Origin: Anolis carolinensis
Lineage: Eukaryota
NCBI RefSeq assembly: GCF_035594765.1
Contig: NC_085841.1
Coordinates: 227,075,326-227,139,325, forward strand
Reading direction: 5' to 3'
Length of the DNA stretch: 64,000 nt
Both the position numbers and the translations under genes were made by a program. Within the stretch, counting starts at the first letter, position 1. The number at the start of each line of letters is the position of its first letter. The notes under the pieces are model-generated. The model had not been told where the DNA came from. It worked only from the letters and a program-made list of their open reading frames with translations, and did no database searches. Shown here piece after piece: positions 51,701 to 62,467 of this stretch.

Positions 51701-52480
51701 ATATGCTTGTCTGTGACAGGAGCTTCTCTGTTAGTGGTGCAAGAGGTAGTGGTAATATAAGCTTTCCCATCACTTTAAAAAAATCCCTAAGTTTGGTATT
51801 ACCTCCATGTGTGGGAGCAGACCTCTTCATCTCAATAAATATTTCCTAGTAGTCATCAATTTTCTCCTTTCCATTGTATTCCCTAGGAAGAGCACAAATG
51901 TCATACATCTCCAGAGATATTTTGTTGTATGTAGGTATACAATGCCTCTGGGTCACTTACAGTGGCTATGCAGATCACTTGGAAAAGTAACTTCTCTCTC
52001 TCTCTTTCTCTCATGTTTCTGACATTAGTTTCAGTTCACAGGATCAGTGTGAGGAAAGAAAATGTGATGGGTACCAATAGGCTCTCTGATATAACTCTAT
52101 TTGTAATCTCCAAGGATCTCAAGTTATGATGGCCTGGATCCTATTGGTTAATAGAAGACTCTAATAGCATCAACTCTTGAATTATGCAATAATAGGTTAG
52201 TTATATTGATTCGAAAGGTCTACTCTACTTGGAACTGACCTTAAGATTCAGACTTGCTGAATCTAGTGATTCAGGCCAGTCATCAAAGTAGTCCATTAAT
52301 TCATCTGGAATCTTTTCAGAACAACTTTTTAGATTGAAATATTCTCAGCACTATTATGTCTTTCAAGATAGCTCAGTCTCCATAGGCATTTTCCTTTCAC
52401 TACAGGACTAGAAGGTTGTGAGTGATACTTGGGTAGAAAAAGGCAGGTGGAGAGCTAGGACAGCATAATATATAGAGTTA

Positions 52481-52793
52481 CTAGCTGTGCCCGGCCACGC
52501 GTTGCTGTGGCGAAGTATGATGGTATGGGAAATAAAGTATTGAGGTATTGGTGGTAATTAAGGTAAAGGGTAAAGGTTTTCCCCTGACGGAGCTTAGCCT
52601 TCTAACTGGCAGCAATTTGATAAAAACAATTATTCCTCTCCCTCTAATTAGGACTTTCTTTTTCTTTTCTTTATGTTGTATGAACGTAGAGGCATGGATG
52701 AGGGGTTGTGTTGCCAAGTTTAGTGTTTCTGGGATGTGTAGTTTTGTTGTTTTGTCCTAGGCTGAAATTTTTTTATCCTTTTATATATATAGA
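52481..52793 (-). mobile_element. Non-autonomous Helitron
   Basis: Minus strand: A|TCTATATATATAAAA...GCCACAGCAACGCGTGGC hairpin...CTAG|T; no TSD; inserted between A and T. Confidence 0.88.
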
Positions 52794-54383
52794 TTGAATT
52801 GAGAAGACAAAAAATTAAGCCTTCACCTAATAATTATATTTATTGGATGCACTGCTTTCATCTTCTCTCTGGTTTTCTTTATAGAACTACTTTGTAAGAA
52901 AATGGGTAAACCAGAGATGTCACATTTTCCTCAACATTTCATAGGAAGATGAGATACAAATAGGGAAATAAGTGAATTGTACAAATCTAAAATACTCACT
53001 ATACTTGTCTCGAGGCACTTGCTCTTAGAAATTCCCAAACACCCAATTTAGTTTGTGTGATGTCATGGACCCAATCAATCTGAATTCTTGACAGTTTTGT
53101 GCCAGGACAGGCACTGAGTGCAAGATCTAGGTCTGGAACATGTGATGTAATATCAACGTGTGCCATTGGGCTTCCACACAATACAGTCCCCTAACAACAT
53201 TAAGTCTCCAAGTGCTTAAGAACTCAACAGGCTTAATGTCATAAAATGCATGCTTCTTAGCCAGATATGCAACTTATATGCAATATGCAAATATAAAATA
53301 AATATGTAACTAGAAATACAATATATATTTCCATAGGAATTGTGATAATAGGCTCTCCCATTATCTAGACAATACAGCCATGAGGTATAGTCTCACCTCC
53401 AGATCAAGAAAGGGTTAGTGATGTGTTGCATTAAGTTACAATTTTTGAGGTCATGAGGAATACCGGAGAACATGAGAAGCAATCTCCCAATGAGGATGAC
53501 CAACTGGGATGGAATGCCAGCCTTCCAGATATTTTTAAGTAAAACGTTATAAGTAAACTTAAGGATGCCACACAGCAGTGAAATAAATTCAGGAAAATAA
53601 AAAGTTTTGGCACCCTGTCTTACCTATGGAACTTGTTTGAGACTGGGAAAAACCACCCAGACCCTCCATTAATATCCAAGCCCAGAAATCCATCAGCATT
53701 GTGAGTAGAATAGGAAATGTTTAGCTGAATGCAGTAGAGCTATGTTGCTTTCTAACTTTGGTTGAAAATGTCCTAGGCTGTTCTGTAACTTCGTAATCCT
53801 CAGTAACTTGTTGCTGGGTTTCAGGGGGTTAAATTCAGTGGCTGGTAGCAGGTAGATGACCTCAAAGGGATCTGTTATTCAGGTGCGAACTACAGATGGG
53901 CAACCTCAAGAACCCTGCTTTCCTTTCTTATGGTTATTTGCTGACAATTTTAACCCTTTGTGTTAAGGTGGTTAGTCCATTGACAACCATTCAAAACTAA
54001 CTTCTGTAAAGAACAACACATAGCTAGTAGCTACACTTCTCATTTGGAGAGTAATAATGCAATGTGAAATCACACCCCAAAGTGTTTCTTACATCTCCTT
54101 TATTAAATTATCTTGCTATTTATTTTCTGGAAACAGATATGGTCATACAATATTTTTGAAGGAATTACAAACTAACCTTGACCGAGAGTGAGAGAGAAAT
54201 CACTTGGAGGACAAACTGTGTTCCTTGTGTAGCTCCATTGTGGACCTACAGTTTCTTCCTCTCTCACACCGAGGTTAGCATAAAGTTTTGCAGATTATTT
54301 TTTGTCAAAAAAAATTATGAAAGTGTCACTTTCCCTTTGCAGTTAATTCAGGAGAGATCCTCAATTTGAGCAGGGCACATTTT

Positions 54384-54651
54384 NNNNNNNNNNNNNNNNN
54401 NNNNNNNNNNNNNNNNNNNNNNNNNNNNNNNNNNNNNNNNNNNNNNNNNNNNNNNNNNNNNNNNNNNNNNNNNNNNNNNNNNNNNNNNNNNNNNNNNNNN
54501 NNNNNNNNNNNNNNNNNNNNNNNNNNNNNNNNNNNNNNNNNNNNNNNNNNNNNNNNNNNNNNNNNNNNNNNNNNNNNNNNNNNNNNNNNNNNNNNNNNNN
54601 NNNNNNNNNNNNNNNNNNNNNNNNNNNNNNNNNNNNNNNNNNNNNNNNNNN
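54384..54651. other. Assembly gap
   Basis: Run of N. Confidence 1.
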
Positions 54652-54867
54652 CCTCCTCGTCTCCGTTTATGAACCTATAAGAAAGTCTGTAAATGGAGCC
54701 ATAAGCATATCACAGCACTCAGTTTCCAGGAGCTATTCCTTTGAATCAAGAGGGTCTATTAATGCAAAGATAGGAGAATCTGACTTTTTAAAAACATAAG
54801 CTGTGTGTATCATATGGCTTATGCTTTAGGGAGATAGAAATTTGCTATAGGCTGTCAACTGGATATA

Positions 54868-54871
<4 letters not shown>

Positions 54872-54914
<43 letters not shown>
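54872..54914. repeat. (TG)n(AG)n microsatellite
   Basis: Direct reading; other microsatellites at 2889, 8980, 23649, 28823, 37975 and 42125. Confidence 0.95.
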
Positions 54915-55249
54915 TTAACTATTTGGTGTCTAATCACAGCTAAATGCATTTGTTTGTTTATTCATTTATTCATTCAGCTATTTTGATTCAGCCTCTGACA
55001 GGTTCCCATTGAAGGTTCTTCCTTGAAGGAAGCTGTATTTTTCTTTCGAGTATAATTGTAACTTGACATTATATGTAACAAAATAAAAACTCCTGTGGTG
55101 TTAAAAGGGAGTCCATTGCTTAATATTTTCCTCATCGATTTCCATGATATGCTTTAAAATCTCAGAAAAGCAAGCAGCTTCACCAGCCTTCAATATTAGG
55201 TAAGCTTACTGCATGCATCTCCGATGAATGCAGAAATTATAGAACACAA

Positions 55250-55401
55250 AAGGTAAAGGTAAAGGTTTTCCCCTGACATTAAGTCCAGTCGTGACTGACA
55301 CTGGGGGTTGGTGCTCATCTCCATTTCTAAGCCAAAGAGCCAGCGTTGTCCTTAGACACCTCCAAGGTCATGTGGCCGGCATGACTGCATGGAGCGCCGT
55401 T
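55250..55401 (-). mobile_element. Sauria SINE, 5'-truncated
   Basis: Tail and body; flanking repeat TTATAGAACACA. Confidence 0.88.
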
Positions 55402-56428
55402 AGGGTTATAGAACACAGGGGTGTACTAATTTCTGATATAACCTCACCTCTAAAGTATGTAAGGCAATATCATTATTTGCTATAGAAACTTACCATTACA
55501 TTTTCACTGTTATTTTCAGGAAGGGTTTTCAAAATTTTATTTCCAAGATGGCCACAAGAGAATGATAAATTTTGTTTAGTCTTTACCAATTTGGGGATGC
55601 ATTATATTCTTCCTTGTACTCCCTGCCCTAAATACCATACACATAGACTATTACTCTGTCAAGATATGTCTCCACACGATTTAATTTCTATGTGGGGAGA
55701 ATTCATTGTTTGAAAGAATATTCAGCCATGTGAGCTAGGTGCGTATGCACACTCACTCTGGCACACATGTATACTTCATTGGCACAGGCTCATCATTTCA
55801 TTGAGAGCATGGTCAGAAAAAGAGTTGCTTTCTTCAAAACTATAAAACAAACAGAGCACAGAAACCATACAGAACCAATAAATGGTGCTATCCATCATTG
55901 GTAGGAAAGGGAAATGTTTTGTTGTTATAACTGAAAGAACTCCACAGATTGGTATTCTAGGACTAAAAAGAGCAATATAACATGCTTAAATGCTTCACTA
56001 AAATTATATGTTTGTCAAAAGTTGACTAGAATATCCATATGAAATTTTAGATGATCCTCATCCTCATTCTCATCATCATAGAAAATGCTAACTTTGCGGG
56101 GGGACACTGCACAATGATAGCATTCTGTTTGCACTTCAATTGTTATGCCAATATCCCTTGGAATATAGCTTTTTTTTTTTGCAAGTACTTTTTATTGAGA
56201 TTTCTTTCAACACGAGGTACACAGACAAACAAGAATTAACTATAGGGGTAGGGGTGGGGTTTGTGGTGACACATACACAGATTGGGGTAAGGGTGCAATC
56301 AGGAAAAAAAGGGGGGGGGATGTGGGACATAAAAAAAAAAAGGGGGGGTAGGGGGGTTGGGCAGAGGGGGGATGGGGAGGTGATATTTCGACTTCCAATT
56401 ATGCTCACTAAGTCCATTACTTCAGTCC

Positions 56429-59400
56429 TTAATTCTTTTGTAGTTTTCTCTTTAAGTATTCCTCAAAATTAGACCAGTCAGTAGCCTTTAGTGGGGTGCC
56501 ATTATTTCTTTTGATCCAGAAGGATAGTTGGTCCATATTCTTGATTTCCATCACTTTTTCCAGCCACTGTTCTTTTGACGGTACTTGCGTTGACTTCCAG
56601 AGTCTTGCAATCAGGAGCCTTGCTGCGGTGATGAAAAAGGTGAAAAGTTTGTCGGTATTAGTGTCGATTCTGTCCTCGGGGTCATATAAACCTAGCAAAA
56701 GTAGTTCCGGCCTTTTCACAAATTTCGTCTTTAATATGTCATTACTCTCTTCCAGGATTGTAGTCCAAAAATTATCTAGTTTCCTACACTTCCACCACAT
56801 GTGGAAATAGGATCCTATTTGGGCTTTACACCTCCAGCATTTATTATTTGCGTCCTTATACATATGCCCTATTTTCTTAGGTGTTAAGTACCATCTATGA
56901 ATAAGCTTAAGCCAATTTTCTTTCATATCTACTGAGTACGTATATTTTATTTTTTTATTCCAAATCGACTCCCATTCGCACAATTGAATGGGTCTGTTTA
57001 TGTTCCTGGCCCATAATATCATAGAATTAGTTATTAAATCTGTTTCAATTTCCCAGGACAGTAGTTTATTATACAGTATGGATATATTCTTCCTCTCCAC
57101 GTGGATAAGTTTATCCCAAAAACCTTGTTCTTGATCAAATCCGACTATTTTGTCTCTTTTATATGCCTCATTAATTTGGAAAAATTGGTACCAGGACACA
57201 TTTTTGTTCAGTTTTTGTATTTCAGCTAATTCTTTTACTTTGGGGGGGTTGGATTTATCCTTTGCCATAATTAACAATTGGCTATAGGTCGGCCAAATCC
57301 GCCAACCTAATAGCCTTCTATGATCAGCTTCAATCGGGGATAGCCATAGTGGTGTTTTAGTGTAGAAGCGGGGTTTATATTTTTCCCATGTTCTCAATAA
57401 AACAGATCTAATAAAGTGGTTGCCAAATTGTTTGTCAATTTTCATTTTACCATACCATAAATATCCATGCCAACCTTTCTTTAATTCATGGCCTTCCAAA
57501 TTCAAAATTTTATTTTTTCCCAATTTGATCCACTCTTTTATCCAAAGAAGAGCACTAGCATCATGGTAAAGTTTTAGATTCGGGAGGCCAAAACCTCCCT
57601 GCGTTTTCGGTGCAATCATTGTGCTAAATTTGATCCTGGGTTTTTTGCCTCTCCAAATAAATTTTGTAATGTCTTTTTGCCAATCTTTGAATATCTTGGG
57701 ACTCCTTATAATTGGTAGGTTTTGGAATAGGTAAAGTAACTTTGGCAGGACATTCATCTTAATTATTGCTATTCTTCCCATTAGAGAGACATTTAGATTT
57801 TTCCATTTTTCCAGATCCCTTCGAATTTCTTTCCATTTCTCAATGTAATTTAAATCTAATAATTGATTATTTTTCGCTGATAGCCAGATCCCTAAGTATT
57901 TTAATTTGGACACTGTTTTTAACCCTGAGATATCGTATAGCTCTTTCTGTTTCTTTTTTGACATATTTTTGGTAAGGATCATTGTTTTCTTTGTGTTGAT
58001 TCTAAGGCCGGCCACCTTTCCATAATCTTCAATTTTTGAAAGCCAATTTTTAATATTCTGGATTGGATTTTCTATAATGCATATCACGTCGTCTGCGAAC
58101 GCCCGATACTTATAATCTTGTTTGTCAACTTTAGGGCCTTGCAAGTTCGAATCGTTTCTAATTACCCTGAGCAGGGTTTCTAATGCCATAATGAATATTA
58201 AGGGTGAGAGGGGGCAGCCTTGTCTCGTACCTTTGTTTATTTCGAATTTTTTTGTCTCCTGGCCATTGATTTGTATTTTTGCCCATTGTTCCTCATAAAT
58301 ACTGTTGATGCCATTTTGAATTTGAAAACCTAGATCCAATTCTTGAAATAACAATTTGAAAGAATTCCAATTTAAGTTATCGAAAGCTTTCTCTGCGTCC
58401 AAGGAGAGAAGGCCCACTTCTGTTTGATTATGTTGTTCATAGTATTCCAAAACATCAATTATTATTCTTACATTGTCCTTAATCGATCTAGCTGGGAGAA
58501 AGCCCGTTTGGTCTTCTCCTATCCACTCTGCAAGGAAGTCCTTCAGCCTATTCGCCAGGATCTTTGTGAAAATTTTATAATCTGTATTTAGGAGGGAGAT
58601 GGGTCTGTAGTTTTTCACATCCGACATATCTAAACCCTCTTTGGGTATCACCACTATCGTTGCCTCCTTCCAAGAATCTGGTATAACTTTGCTTTGGAGG
58701 GCCTGATTCATTAATTTTTTCAGGAAGGAGGTCACTTCTTTTAATCCTAATTTATAAAAGCCCGCAATAAATCCATCCGGCCCCGGGGTTTTATTGCTGT
58801 CTACATTGTTGATTACTTTAAGAATTTCCTCCTCTGTGATTTCTTTATTGAGTTCGCATCTTTGCTCTTCTGTGATTTTATCCAATTGTAATTTACCTAG
58901 GAACTCTGTTATGGCCTCGGGATTGATATTATCTTTAGAGTATAGGTTCTCGTAATATGTTTGAAATACTTCTTTTATTTCCTCATCTAAATTTACTATT
59001 TTGCCTTCGGTTCTGATTTTAATAATTTGTCTGCTCTGTTTCTTCTTCCTTATTAAACGTGATAACCATTTCCCCGGTTTGTTTGCATTTTCAAAAGCGT
59101 ATTGTTTAACCCATTTAATTTGTTTTGCCAATTTCTCTAAGTCTCTACTCTCTTTCATTTTATTTAATAGATCTAGATTTCTTTTTATCTTTTTGTTTTT
59201 GGGGTTGGCTTTTAAGTCCTTTTCCTTCATCTCAATCTCCTTATTTAAACTATTCCATTCTGCTTCTTTTTGTTTTCGTTTAGTAGCATTTAATTGGATT
59301 AAGAATCTTCTCGCCACTGCTTTATAAGCGTCCCATACAATTTGTGGGTTGATTTCGTTGGTGTCATTGATATTAAAGTATTCTTTCGTCATCTCTTTAA

Positions 59401-60193
59401 TTTTATCTATGTCTTTCTTATCTTTTAATAGATTTTCGTTTAGCCTCCATCTCCTTACAAACCTTTTTTTATTAAGTTCCATTACTAATGGGCAGTGGTC
59501 CGATAAGTCTCTAGGTAAAATACGTATGTCCGATACCTTTGTCACAAGGGATTTGGAAGCCCATATCATGTCGATCCTCGACCATGAATGGTGCCTATTT
59601 GAATAGTGTGTAAAGTCTTTTATTCGGGGGTTTAATTCTCTCCACGTATCTACTAAATCCAGTTCATCTTTTAATGCTAGGAGGCTTTTAGGGAGGGAGG
59701 TGGCTTCTTTAACTTTCTTTGGTTGTTTAGTTTTATCTAATTCTTTATCTAATACTCCATTAAAGTCACCAAAAATTATAATATGGTCAAATTCTACGTT
59801 ACTAATATTTTCTCTCAATATTTTGGTGAACTTTGTTTTAGGGCCATTTGGGGCATAGATGTTACAAATTAGGGTTTTTTCCTCCTCCAGGTCAATTAAA
59901 ATTGCTATGACCCTACCTTCGTTGTCTTTAAATACTTCTTTTGCTGTGAGGTTATCATCTACGTATAAAGCCACTCCCCTTTTTTTATTGGCATCCGCCG
60001 AGACAAATACCTTCCCTAGCTGATTGTTAATCAAAAGATTGGAGTGCGTACGTTCAATGTGTGTTTCCTGTAAAGCTATAATACTGTAATTTCCTTTTCT
60101 TAATTTGTTAAATAATCTTTTCCGTTTAATGGGGGTGTTCAGCCCGTTAATATTGTTTGAGAAACATTTTAAATGAGTACAGACATTACTCAT
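56429..60193 (-). CDS. L1 ORF2p: APE endonuclease, reverse transcriptase, C-terminal CCHC
   Basis: NINGLN, LQETH, NIYAPN, GDFN, SRIDM, SDH; PGPDGF; YRPISLLN, DAEKAFD, GTRQGCPLSP, FADD, KYLGI; CWRC..HMWWKC. Start placed at the last in-frame ATG before the EN motif (frame is open to 60241). Confidence 0.95.
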   Translation of the reverse strand: MSNVCTHLKCFSNNINGLNTPIKRKRLFNKLRKGNYSIIALQETHIERTHSNLLINNQLGKVFVSADANKKRGVALYVDDNLTAKEVFKDNEGRVIAILIDLEEEKTLICNIYAPNGPKTKFTKILRENISNVEFDHIIIFGDFNGVLDKELDKTKQPKKVKEATSLPKSLLALKDELDLVDTWRELNPRIKDFTHYSNRHHSWSRIDMIWASKSLVTKVSDIRILPRDLSDHCPLVMELNKKRFVRRWRLNENLLKDKKDIDKIKEMTKEYFNINDTNEINPQIVWDAYKAVARRFLIQLNATKRKQKEAEWNSLNKEIEMKEKDLKANPKNKKIKRNLDLLNKMKESRDLEKLAKQIKWVKQYAFENANKPGKWLSRLIRKKKQSRQIIKIRTEGKIVNLDEEIKEVFQTYYENLYSKDNINPEAITEFLGKLQLDKITEEQRCELNKEITEEEILKVINNVDSNKTPGPDGFIAGFYKLGLKEVTSFLKKLMNQALQSKVIPDSWKEATIVVIPKEGLDMSDVKNYRPISLLNTDYKIFTKILANRLKDFLAEWIGEDQTGFLPARSIKDNVRIIIDVLEYYEQHNQTEVGLLSLDAEKAFDNLNWNSFKLLFQELDLGFQIQNGINSIYEEQWAKIQINGQETKKFEINKGTRQGCPLSPLIFIMALETLLRVIRNDSNLQGPKVDKQDYKYRAFADDVICIIENPIQNIKNWLSKIEDYGKVAGLRINTKKTMILTKNMSKKKQKELYDISGLKTVSKLKYLGIWLSAKNNQLLDLNYIEKWKEIRRDLEKWKNLNVSLMGRIAIIKMNVLPKLLYLFQNLPIIRSPKIFKDWQKDITKFIWRGKKPRIKFSTMIAPKTQGGFGLPNLKLYHDASALLWIKEWIKLGKNKILNLEGHELKKGWHGYLWYGKMKIDKQFGNHFIRSVLLRTWEKYKPRFYTKTPLWLSPIEADHRRLLGWRIWPTYSQLLIMAKDKSNPPKVKELAEIQKLNKNVSWYQFFQINEAYKRDKIVGFDQEQGFWDKLIHVERKNISILYNKLLSWEIETDLITNSMILWARNINRPIQLCEWESIWNKKIKYTYSVDMKENWLKLIHRWYLTPKKIGHMYKDANNKCWRCKAQIGSYFHMWWKCRKLDNFWTTILEESNDILKTKFVKRPELLLLGLYDPEDRIDTNTDKLFTFFITAARLLIARLWKSTQVPSKEQWLEKVMEIKNMDQLSFWIKRNNGTPLKATDWSNFEEYLKRKLQKN

Positions 60194-61256
60194 CTTTGAG
60201 GATTCCATCATCTTCTGTTGGTTCTCCCGTGTCCGAGTCATCTTGGTCTGTGATCAAGTCCAATTCAGCAACTGTTGGGTCACTGTCCTTCGGCGAATCA
60301 AATCTTCTCTTTTTAGTTTCTTTAGGATTTTTACCATTACTTGAGGATAATGATAATCTATTTGCATTTAAATCTTTCTTTAACATCCTGTAAAAGTCCT
60401 TTGCTTCATCCTCCGAAGTGATCCATACTCTGTCATCTTTGTATGTAGCCATTAGGCCTTCATATTTTTCCCATCTATATTTTATTTGTCTTTTCTTGAG
60501 TTCGTCTGTTAGGAAGTAGTACTTCCTTCTTCTGTTTAATATCGATTTTGGCAGTTCCTTTAATATGATCAGCTTTCTGTCTTTGTACCATAAAGGGTTT
60601 ATAGCGTTTTTTCTGAGTACTTCATCTCTTGTGGTTTTCTTCAGGAAGTGAACCATAACGTCCTTGATTACTTTGTTTTTCTTAGTAAAGTTCGACTGAA
60701 TTCTATATACCCTGTCGATTTGGCCGCAGGCTTCCTGTTCCGTGCATTGTAGAATCTTAGCTGTTATTTGTGTGATCACCCAACCAATATTTTCTTTTTC
60801 CTCCTCTTGAATGTTCCTATATCTTAATTGGTATTCCAGTGATTGGAATTCCAGTTTTTCCTGTATTTTTTCCATTTTCTTCTCTCTCTCCTCCATGGAC
60901 TCCATTTTCTCTTGTAATTTCATTTGCATTTTGTCATTTTTCCTGTTCACTATTTTAAGTTCGTTAATGTCATTAGAGTTTTTAATAAGTTCTTTTTTCA
61001 TAGCCCCCATCTCTCCTCTCCACTCTTTTTTCAACTCCGCCAGCTCTTCTTGCAGAGTTTTTTGTTGCAAATCCTGTTTTTTAGCTATCATTTGGACCTC
61101 ACTTTGCAATTGATCCTGTTTCTCCGAAATTTTCTTAATCTCTCTCAAAATATCTTTTAAGCCCCCCTCCTCTGGAAGGGAGGTTCTTCGCACATTTAGC
61201 CTAGAGTCCTTATTATCTTTGTTATCTTTGTCTGTTCTCCACTTGGGTGTCGCCAT
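60186..61256 (-). CDS. L1 ORF1p (coiled coil, RRM, CTD)
   Basis: 356 aa; heptad-rich N-terminal half; QLRYRNIQE and IDRVYRI motifs equivalent to NLRI.GIPE and IERAHR; lies upstream of ORF2. Confidence 0.92.
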   Translation of the reverse strand: MATPKWRTDKDNKDNKDSRLNVRRTSLPEEGGLKDILREIKKISEKQDQLQSEVQMIAKKQDLQQKTLQEELAELKKEWRGEMGAMKKELIKNSNDINELKIVNRKNDKMQMKLQEKMESMEEREKKMEKIQEKLEFQSLEYQLRYRNIQEEEKENIGWVITQITAKILQCTEQEACGQIDRVYRIQSNFTKKNKVIKDVMVHFLKKTTRDEVLRKNAINPLWYKDRKLIILKELPKSILNRRRKYYFLTDELKKRQIKYRWEKYEGLMATYKDDRVWITSEDEAKDFYRMLKKDLNANRLSLSSSNGKNPKETKKRRFDSPKDSDPTVAELDLITDQDDSDTGEPTEDDGILKDE

Positions 61257-61984
61257 AGCCCCGGCTTGTTATGCTCGTTGGGACCACTGGGATTACAATC
61301 TAGTACTAAGGTCAAAGGGTTAATGACTGATGGGGGGAGGAATAGGAGGGACAGGAGAGATAGAAAATCTAGAGACCCGAACGCGGGGGATCCAAGTTCG
61401 GGTACTACCTTCTACTTGATTTATATTTTCTCCTTCCTGCGTCCGTCGCTTTCCTTTGGCCTCGTTTTCTTTGGATTTCCTTTGGATTCAGTATCCCCTG
61501 CTTATTCGGTCTATGAAATCCTCTTCACGTATCAGCCCTGTGTCCTTCTCACTATATCCCCTCCGGAAAATGCTCCCGCCTGGAAAGTTCCTATCTCCTC
61601 CTCGTACTGGTTGCTAGCGGCGCCACTACTTCCGCATACGTCAGGTCCTCCCTCGATTGTTTAAAGAAGGTAGCCCGTAGACTAAACAATATGGCTCCAA
61701 GGTCGTATCAAATCAACAGCCAACTCCAGCACTATGGGGACTGACACCAAACTTCCCACGCTGCCTCCCAGGCGATCCTTTTTCCTTCCCTTTTCCTCTT
61801 TCCACCTCCGTTCTTCCACCTCTTCCTTCTCCTCCCAACCACGCCAGTGGAGTCACAGTAAGATGGCTTGGATTATTTATACTTTGAATATTTGCCTCTA
61901 TCTTAAGTTAACTAAGAAGACTTCTGATATGTCGTATCGCTACTGAGATAACTCACCATACGGCTTAGTCTTCCGGATTACTTG

Positions 61985-62323
61985 TTGTCAAATTAAGCAG
62001 GCGGCGGCGATTTGTTTGCCCGTCGCTGCTGTTTTTTACTCCGATGGGTTCGGCGGTGGCTTGGCTGGCAGATAATGCGGTTGTTCCCGCTTCCCGCTGT
62101 CGACCCGCCGGCCGAGGTCCTCCGGACCCACTAGAACCTCACCCTTGAGGGGCGAGGGTCGTTGGGGCCGTCGGAGCGATCCTCTGCCACCGGCGTCTTT
62201 CCCCCAATCTCGATCCGAGGGGAAAGAGGGAGCTGTCGCTCTACCAGGTCAGATCTGCGGTTGGCACACCAAGAGCTCTCGGTGGACCCAGCCTGTCGCC
62301 ATTGCCCCGCCTCCGGAAGTCCC
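61985..62323 (-). promoter_or_regulatory. L1 internal CpG-rich promoter
   Basis: 5' end GGGACTTCCGGAGGCGGGGCAATGGCG: ETS core, GC box, YY1-like ATGGCG; high CpG density. Confidence 0.65.
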
Positions 62324-62467
62324 CCCTTGGAATATAGCTTAATGAGGCACCAGGCTAAAGATTTTATAAAATCACAAGCATTGAGTCATGGTAGTGAAAG
62401 TGGTGTCAAACTACCTTAATTCTACACTGTAGATACATTCATTGTGCCCATGATATTGTGTAAGAAA

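Larger units (their letters stand above)
56172..62323 (-). mobile_element. Full-length L1 LINE (about 6.15 kb)
   Basis: 17-bp perfect TSD CCCTTGGAATATAGCTT (56155-56171, 62324-62340); TT|AA nick site; poly(A) and AATAAA (56191-56196); two intact ORFs; CpG-rich 5' UTR. Confidence 0.97.

Noticed and set aside
56496-61664. Plus-strand ORFs opposite L1 ORF1/ORF2 and the 132-aa frame at 61266
   Set aside because: Antisense shadows of A-rich coding sequence, mostly with non-ATG starts
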